Part shown: positions 55,561 to 64,000 of the stretch, in pieces
How the letters are laid out: the number at the start of each line of letters is the position of its first letter
Numbering within the stretch: the first letter of the stretch is position 1
NCBI RefSeq assembly: GCF_036321535.1
Contig: NC_087436.1
Coordinates: 83,826,001-83,890,000, forward strand
DNA length: 64,000 nt
Direction of reading: 5' to 3'
Source of the DNA: Camelus dromedarius
Taxonomy: Eukaryota
Position numbers and translations under genes: made by a program
The notes under the pieces: model-generated
What the model saw: only the letters and a program-made list of their open reading frames with translations
What the model was told of the DNA's origin: nothing
The model's database searches: none

Positions 55561-57567
55561 ATGGTTAGTTTCTTTTGAAAAATCAGACATTGCTCTTATA
55601 TTTCTCTATAGAAACAACAGGTAATCTGTTGTTACACAAGATAAGTATATCCTCCCCTCACTCACCCCAAAGCCTCCAAAAGTAAAAAGAGAAGAAACAC
55701 AAATGTATTAGAAGATAAGGTGAGTGCACTGCAATCTGTAAAGAAACAGGGGAAAAAATAGTTTTGGATTATTATTATTGTCCAGCATACTGGCACTGTT
55801 TCCCAGCCTCTTCCCTATCACCCCCATGATGGGAATTCAAAGGTCATGGTATCATATCTCCACCTCTCATTTGTAGAGTGGATATATGGCTGGGTGATGT
55901 TCTGCCTGCCAAGAATCCAGCAGCTTTAGTCTGAACTCATAATTAATATTCCCATGGTGAGGGGAGGGAGGAAATATACATGAAATGATAGCTTATAAGA
56001 ATATGTGTCAAATATGCTTGTTTGGAAAGATCTAAATTTTAACAATTTTTAATGTCTTTTTTTTTTCCTTTTCAACAGTTCATCCTGATACAAGAGCTCC
56101 TTAAACATTTTGGCAGGGGCCTTTAGCCCAAACAAAATTTTCTCCTAGAACCATTAAAGTGTGTGTGGGGGGGTGTCATGACCTCAGAAGAGTCCGTTCG
56201 CCATCACAGTGGCTTTTGGGGCCACAGCTGAGTTCTCAAAAGTGTTCCCTCTATTTGTGGGCTAATCTCTCGGGAAAAGTGGTAGATTCTTTCCTTGTGG
56301 GGCTTATGTCTAGGTGGGAGGCAAGATGATCCCAGGAGAAGGCATGAGAGACCTGCAAGAGCAGAACATCTATCCCCAAGGGGCAGTCCACAAACTGGGG
56401 CATGCCAGCGGAGGGACCAGGAGCCCCAGGGACACAGGCAGAACTTCTTCCTACTTCAAACTACTGTGCTTTCTTGTGCTGACCCAGATGTTGCTCTGCA
56501 TGGCTGACTGTCCATTATCTCTCCACTTGTCAGATCTACAACTTGACTTTGCCCCTTTTGTCCTGGGACCTTGGAGAGTTAGTCCATAGTGCTGACCACC
56601 TGCCTGGCCTTAGTCATTCCAAACTCCTTTTTTTCCATCCTCTGCCCTTGGGTGTCTGAGGGATATATTGTCTTTTCACTAGCTGCTCATTATTTAACTC
56701 ATAAAGCTCATGCAGCTTTCATCACTGCATTCCACCCAGCCTCATGCTATAATCACCATGACCTTGATGTGGATGAATCCCAAAGACTTTCTGCCTTCAT
56801 CTGAGTTGACCTCTTAGGCACATTCAACACATGAATGTTTCTTCTTTGAAATATATGCCTCTCTCAGCCTCCATGACCCACAGTCTATTCATTTTTTTCT
56901 GTCTTTCTGTCCAGTCCAGCTTGGGTAGCTTTTCTTCCTTAGCTCTAAATGCCAGAGTTTGTTAGATTTATTCCTCAGCCTTTTTCACTATCCCCTTTTT
57001 ATCCTTAAAAGGGGGAACTCATCTAATCCCATATATATTTATAACCCATCTTATCAGTTGTTTTTTGCTGCAATATTGCTATGTAACAAACTACCCCAGA
57101 ATTCAATGTCAGACAGCAGTGAGCATTTTCTGTGTGAGGAAATTGAGACTCAGTGAGAAACATTACCTTCTTAGAGGGGACATAAGTGACATAGCCTCCA
57201 AATCTGATTCATGGGTCACTGCATTTTCCACTGTATTGTGAACTTAGAAAGAAAGGAATTATCATATCCACCTCATTTCTATCAACAGCCAATGTAGAGT
57301 TATCACATTTCAAAATGTTTTTTAAAAAATTCTCCCGTATTTTAGTTCTCTGAAATTCTGTACAAACATGCCATTAATGTCTCTTGTTAAGCTCCTTTAT
57401 TTGATACTTGAATGAGAGCTTTCATCCATTTGCCACAACTATCCTAGCATATTCAAATTCTCCTTCTCTCTCCAAACCATTATAAATGGTCAGTCCCTAT
57501 GAAAGTATTAATTACATCTAGACTTTCAGGTTCAATATAATAAAATGTTACTCATTTGGAATGAAGG

Positions 57568-58960
57568 AGGTATCCATCAGGATTCTTTGGTGGCACATAA
57601 CAACAAATGATTCTAGCTAACTTACAGAGAGGGGGAGTTTACACAAATGAGAAATGCTGGAGAGGCTGTGGAGGAAAGGAAACCCTCCTTCACTGCTGGT
57701 GGGAATGCAGTTTGGTGCAGCCACTGTGGAAAACAGTATGGAGATTCCTCAAAAGACTAGGAATACACTTACCATATGACCCAGGAATCCCACTCCTGGG
57801 CATATATCCAGAAGGAACCCTACTCCAAAATGACACCTGCACCCTAATGTTCATAGCAGCATTATTTACAATATCCAAGACATGGAAAGAGCCTAAATGT
57901 CCATCAACAGATGACTGGATAAAGAAGCGGTGGTATATTTATACAATGGAATACTACTCAACCATAAAAACCGACAACATAACGCCATTTGCAGCAACAT
58001 GGATGCTCCTGGAGAATGTCATTCTAAGTGAAGTAAGCCAGAAAGAGAAAGAAAAATACCATATGAGATCACTTGTATGCGGAATCTAAAACAAACAAAC
58101 AAACAAAAAATACAAAACAGAAACAGACTCATAGACATAGAATACAAACTTGTGGTTGCCAGGGGGACAGGAGGTGGGAAGGGACTGGGATTTCAAAATG
58201 TAAAATAGATAAACAAGATTGCATTGTGTAGCACAGGGAAATATATACAGGATCTTGTGGTGGCTCACAGGGAAAGAGAATGTGACAATGAATGTATGTA
58301 TGTTCATGTATAACTGAAAAATTGTGCTCTACACTGGAATTTGACACAAAATTGTAAAATGACTATAACTCAATAAAAAATGCTTATATAAGAAATTTTT
58401 AAGAAAAGCAGGCATAGAAGGGGAGTTTATTGGAATAATAAACACCTGTAGCACTTACTTGGAGTAGGCACCACTCTAAGCATTAAATCCATTCATTCCT
58501 ATTGAACCCTGTAGGTAGGCACCATTACTCATCCCACAAATGTGGAAATCAAGGCACAGAGAAGTGAAGCAGTAACTTGCTCCAGATCACCCAGTTAGGA
58601 CGTGGCCAAACCTGGATTTGACCCCAAGCCATTCAGCTCAGAGTCTTTGGCACTCCAGCCTATCCAAGGATATGGGGTAGTCACAGAATTGAAGGGAAGG
58701 CTATAGAAGCAGGTTTAGAATAGGGCAGCAACCAGGGCATGGTAAACAACTGTCACTGGGATATATTATCTCTAACCACCCCCTGCCCACCCCCCAAACC
58801 CTTGTATCAGTCAAAGGCTCCAGATTCAAAGCCCTAGGAGAGTGGCTCAATTGGCCATTGCCTATGAGAGGACAGGACACCTTGTCTGATGGGTCTACTG
58901 AGGTTGCACACATAGAGGAAGAATCAGTTCCCCAAGAGGAAATGGGAGTATTGTTTTAAA
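57568..58960. mobile_element. Ancient MaLR LTR (MLT1J/K-like) split by the L1 and by a MIR (about 58435-58655)
   Basis: The pieces join as catcaggattctttggtggca...ctagctaactta...gagtttattggaa / ggatatggggtagtcacagaattgaagggaaggct. The MIR core gtggaaatcaaggcacagagaagtgaag lies between them. Confidence 0.55.
57642..58386 (+). mobile_element. 5'-truncated L1 of the same family as 34199-35822
   Basis: ORF2 C-terminus and 3' UTR align directly with 35056-35810. Candidate TSD ggggagttta at 57632-57641 and 58420-58429. Confidence 0.92.
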
Positions 58961-59199
58961 GGAAAGGGACTAGATTTGGGAAAGGTAGCCAGCAAAAACT
59001 GTCCATTCCGTGGAGAATGAAGGAAAGATTTTTACTCATACTAACAAGCTGTTCCCAATGGCAACCGTATGAGAAACCTTTCAATTGCCTGAAGAACATG
59101 TCCTCATAGGCACCTTTATCTGGAAGAGATGTCCCTACACTTTTTGTAGCTTCCACCTCTGCCCCAAGGCCAGGCTGTAGAACTCACATTTTCCTACTT

Positions 59200-61150
59200 G
59201 AGTTGGACCACAGCATGCTCAAATGTCCATCATCAGGGAAAAACACTTCCCTTACCCCACATAGCTATTGATTGTAATAGATCTCTGATTCCCTCACAAT
59301 CCAACTTCTTGAAAAGACAGTCTCCAATCCCTAAGTGCCTCCCTTCCTGCACGGCCACTCCCAAATCTACTGTCATCTTGTCTCTTCCTCTGTCATTCCT
59401 GTCATTCCACTGGAACTGCCCTTGCTAAAGCCACCAATTGATTGGATTTTGCCAAAACACTTTTCTCTCCTTATCTTTGCTCCCTTCTCCAAAGCAGCTG
59501 CCTTTCTGAGCACTCCTTCCTTCTGAAAATTCTCTTATCTGTGATACACTCACTGGGTTTTCCTCCTTCCTCTACAGAAGTCTCCTTAGTGCATTCTTTG
59601 GTTCTTTTTCCCTCAGTTAATTTCCTAAATGTTGGCACTTCCCAGACCTTCTGCTCTTCTCACTTTACACACTCCACTTGGGGGACACAATTACTTAGAT
59701 GCTCATGAATCTCAAATCTCAAGCCAGAACTATCTATCCATCTCCTGAATAGCAGCTCTCCACTTAGAAGTGTTATTGATACCTCGAATTAGATAGGTCC
59801 AAAAACTCATCCACCTTTATCTCTAAGCATGTTCCTCCTTCTTAATTATCTCAGCAAATGTCACCTCCATCGCCTCATGTAAGCCAGAAACTTCAAAGCC
59901 ATCCTTGTCTCTCTCTTCTCATTCCTCACACCTAACTAGCCACCACATCTTGTAGCTCCTTCTTTTAAAAAGATCTCCTCTATCGACCACCTCCTCTCTA
60001 GTCTCCCTACTGCTGATGTAAAGTAGGCGCGTATCATTTCTTGCCAGAATTATTTCAGGGACTTCCTATATAATCTCTCTGCTTCCAATCTGTACCTTCA
60101 ATTCTCCACACTGTTGCCAGAGAGATTTTTCGAAAACGCAAATATGATCATGTAACTTCCAGAATTAAAATCCTATGACACCCACACATTTCATGAGGAA
60201 ATTCAAATTCCTGAACTTGGCACACAAGACTCTGTGATGGGCCTCCTATTACTTCTTAAGCCTCATAACTTGTTAAGATCCCCAGAGCCTTTCAGTCCAA
60301 CCATTAACAAGCATCCATGGTTGCTCATAGACATCAAGGTCTCCACGTGGCTTCATCCATGCTGCTTCCTGTTTCTTGAATGCCCTCTGTACTGGTTGAA
60401 TACTGTCCCCTAAAATTCAGGTCCAACCAGAACCTGCGAATGTGAGCTTAACCCACAACTAGGTTCTTCATAAATATACTCAAGTTAGGATGAGGTCATA
60501 CTGGGTTAGGATAGGCCCTAAATCCAACATGACTGGTGTCATAAGAGGCAGGAAATACGGACACAGACACAAATACAAGGGAGAAGGTCCCATGAGGAGA
60601 CAGGAGCAGAGATTGGAGGGATGTGTTTACACACCAAGGATTGTTGGCAAACTCCAGAAGCTAGGAGAGGGCCATGGAACAGACTGTCCCTCAGAACCAC
60701 TGAAGGGAACCAACCCTGCTGACACCTTGATCTCGGGCTCTAGCTTACAGAGCAGGGAGAGAATAGGTCCTGTGGTTTTAAGCCACCCAGTTTGTGGTAT
60801 TTTGTTACGACAGATCTAGGAAACTCGTACTTGCTTCTAAACCTTTATTCCCATGTCAACCTCAATTCAGCTCAGCATCTCCTCTTCTGGGAAGCCTTCT
60901 TGGAACTTTCCCACTCCTAAGCCTTTCCCAACGCCTGATTTAGACACCTCCCCTCTGCTCTCTCACTGCATCTGTGCATGTCTCTATAATAATGCATTGC
61001 TGTGCTGTCAATCACTGGGGGTGTTTTCCTTTGTTTTTCTTTTTTAGATGGTAAGCTCTGAGAGAGTACAGAGAGGGGGCCTACCTGGCAGCCCCAGTAT
61101 CCTGCATTGCCCTGGCAAGGGGGAAAAAGAAACATGTGCAGTTAACATGG
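59200..61150 (+). mobile_element. LINE-2 3' region interrupted by an MLT1B/C-like LTR
   Basis: Pyrimidine-rich L2 text (aagccagaaacttcaaagccatccttg; ctccacactgttgccagagagatt; caaatatgatcatg; ctcctcttctgggaagccttc). Confidence 0.7.
60388..60830 (+). mobile_element. MaLR LTR (MLT1B/C-like)
   Basis: tgtactggttgaatactgtcccctaaaattca...gatgaggtcatactgg...ggaaccaaccctgctgacaccttgatc...ttttaagccacccagtttgtggtattttgttac. Confidence 0.8.
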
Positions 61151-62851
61151 GTGAATGTTAACACGCTTAAGAAGAAGTGTGATTTTATTTCCTTCAAATG
61201 AAATGTTACAAATTATCAAGTAGACTGGATGTAAGTTAACGGGAAAAATAAGATCTCACATTAGACCAACAATGTGCAATGTATCGCCAACAAAATTGAC
61301 ATAAAAGAAGAGCTGCTTCCATTACTGAAGTTAATTTTATTTGTCTCTTATGTCCATGCTGTCTCAAACCATGAATTGTTTGCTCTGCATTTCTTTTTCC
61401 TGCTTTGACTAGCAGTTTGTAACAAAAATAAATAGCATATGAATATTTAGGTAATAGAAATATCCTTTTTAAATAAAATAAACAGCAGCCAGGAAAGTTT
61501 ACATCATGCCTTGTCAGCCTGACTGTTGAGCATTTGCGATCTCTGTCTTGTTTCAGTAGTGTGTGTCCTTTATTGGGATAAACCCACAGGTTTATAAGAG
61601 TTCATTAAGAGAGGATCAATCCAAAGCGTGTAGGATGTTAGCCTGAGAAATTACTTGTCAGAAGTGTCAGCACTTTATTCATTAAAAAATGACCTCTTCG
61701 TGGCCTGAAGTGGCTTAGTGAGCTATTCCCACTTAGTTATCATGGGAATTATGAATTTACGTCAAAGACCTCACCAATCTGTAAAAATTTGCCTAATAAA
61801 GATGTAACAAGCTGGACTTGTTTACTTTAAAGAATGCATTAATCTGATTATTTGCCATACATGCAATTATACGACCCTCAGATGGTAATGGAGGCCATTT
61901 TTTTCTGAAAGTGATAAGAACATCATCCACATCTGTTCAGGCCTAAGAAGGCCACCTGTTACTAAGATTAACAAAGCTCGCCAAGCCTTGGTGTTGCGCT
62001 TGTAAAACCGCTTGCTTAATTGAAGGTTGTGAGATGAGATTAAAGCAGGGCCTTCACAGTGATTATTTTTTGTACTCACTCAGCTCTTACACAGCTAAAT
62101 AAAGGGTCTGAAGTATTACACATGAAATACATGACTTTTTTTTTTTTAGTTATCCCAAATTATTTAACATATACTAATGCTAGGCTTGTGTTAGGTACTA
62201 GAGAAACACAAAAATGAGCAAGACTCTATCCCTGCCTATAGAGGCTGGCATCTGCTGGGGAGAGAGGCAATTTCAGTGCCAGATTTCAACAGTAACTCAA
62301 GAGGAGAAAGACTCATTCCAATATGTGCAATCAAGGAAGGCTTCCTTGGAACCATTGGAGATTTGCTGCAATGCTGGGAAGCAAAAAGCATCAGAAACAG
62401 TATAAACAGCCACACAGATCATGGCACACACAAGGTGGACTCTATGAACAGCTCCAAGTTTAATGAGGAGTGAAGAGGAAAGAGAAATAGTAAAGCATCA
62501 GGCATGAAAGGTGGAAATAATGTTATTTATATGTATTTATATATGTGACATTAAAACATGTATATTAACTCATTAATTCATTCATCAAAGATTTATTGAG
62601 CTTTTGCTATGTCTCAGGCACTGAGAATAACATGATAAGTATACCAGTCCTTACCTTTAGGAAGTTCCTCTCTAGTGGGGGAGGCAGAAACATAAAGGGA
62701 TGGTTGGAATACAAGGTAGTGAGCCCCTTTAAAGAGTGAGGCACAGGGCATCAGGGCAGCACACTGTTGGTGCAACTGAGAGAGTGGTTGCCCCCTAGGG
62801 ATTCCGAGTGTACATGACAGCAAAACTGCCTTGAAAGTCAAGCAGGAATTC

Positions 62852-64000
62852 TGAACAAAATTATTAGCAAACTGAATCCAACAATATATGAAAAAGATCA
62901 TACACCATAATCAAGATGGATTCATTCCAGGGATGCAAGGATAGTTCAATATTTGTAAATCAACCAGTGTGATATACCACATTAACAAAAGGAAGGGAAA
63001 AAAGTCCCATGAGCATCTTAATAGACACAGAAAAGGCATTTGATAAAATTCAACATTCATTCATGATAAAAGTTATCGTCAAAGTGGGTATAGAGGGAAC
63101 ATAACTCAACATAGTAAAGGCTGTATATAATAAGCCCACAACTAATGTCACACTCCACACTGAAAAGCTAAAAGTCTTTCCTTTAAATTCAGGAACAAGA
63201 CAAGGATGCCCACTTTTGCGACTTCAATTTAACACAGTATTGGCAGTCCTAGTCACAGCAATTAGAAAGAAAATGAAATAAAAGTAATAATAAAAAAAAT
63301 AAAATTTGGGTAAATTGGAAGGGGAGAAGTAAAACTGTTACTCTTTGCAGATGACATGATACTTTTTTTAGGAAACCCTAAAGTCTCCACCCAAAACTAT
63401 TAGAACTAATAAATAAATTCAGCAAAGTTGCATGATACAAGATTAATATGCAGAGTCTGCAACTTTTCTATACACTATTAATGAACTATCAGAGAGAAAG
63501 TAAAGAAAAAAAAATCCTGTTTAAAATCACATAAAAAATAATAAAATACCTAGGAATGAACTTAACCAAGGAGGTAAAAGATCTATACTCTGAAAACTAT
63601 AAAACACTGATGAAGGAAATTGAATATGATACAAAGAAATGGAAAGATTTCCTGTGCTCTTAGATTGGAAAAATTAGTATTGTTAAAATGTCCACACAAC
63701 TCAGAGAAATCTAGAAATGTCATGCAATCCTTTTCAAAATACCCATATTTTTCACAGAACTAGAACAAATAATCCTAAAACTCATGTGGAACCACGGAAG
63801 ACTGAATTGCCAAAGCAATCTTGAGAAAAAAGAAAGAAGATGGAGGTACCATGCTTTCAGATGTCAGCCTATACTACAAAGCTACAGAAGTCTGAACAGC
63901 ATATTGCTGGCATAAAAACAGACACGTAGATCAATGGAACAGAATAAAGAGTCCAGAAATAAACCCACACACCTATGGTCAATTAATCTATGACAAAGGA
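62852..64000 (+). mobile_element. Degraded L1 ORF2 (reverse transcriptase region), continuing past the window end
   Basis: ggattcattccagggatgcaagg, aggaacaagacaaggatgcccactt (GTRQGCPL), ctctttgcagatgacatgat (LFADDM) and aaatacctagga (KYLG), with multiple stops and frameshifts. Confidence 0.92.

Noticed and set aside
29502..64000. GPRIN3 main promoter and first exon
   Set aside because: No CpG island or convincing minus-strand promoter was seen; it probably lies beyond the window.

Overview
Mammalian genomic DNA, AT-rich, CpG-depleted and transposon-rich. It contains one protein-coding gene: the single coding exon of GPRIN3 (G protein-regulated inducer of neurite outgrowth 3; minus strand, 27039-29387, 782 aa). 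A splice acceptor lies about 114 nt upstream of the ATG. A long, apparently transposon-free 3' UTR runs to a canonical poly(A) signal near 18495. Sequence above 29.5 kb is most likely the upstream intron, as I saw no CpG-island promoter in the window. The remainder is interspersed repeats (L1 of several ages, L2, MIR, MLT/MER/ERV LTRs, hAT DNA transposon relics) and microsatellites. I recognised no primate, ruminant, pig or carnivore SINEs; together with the style of the youngest L1 3' UTR, this tentatively suggests a camelid. I found no novel multi-gene system. The most unusual observation is a 328-bp perfectly identical tract shared by two otherwise diverged L1 copies 22.6 kb apart, which could be ectopic gene conversion or an assembly artefact. 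Other leads are motif clusters in the 3' UTR and a triple half-CRE cluster in the intron. Repeat family names were recognised by eye and most repeat boundaries are approximate.
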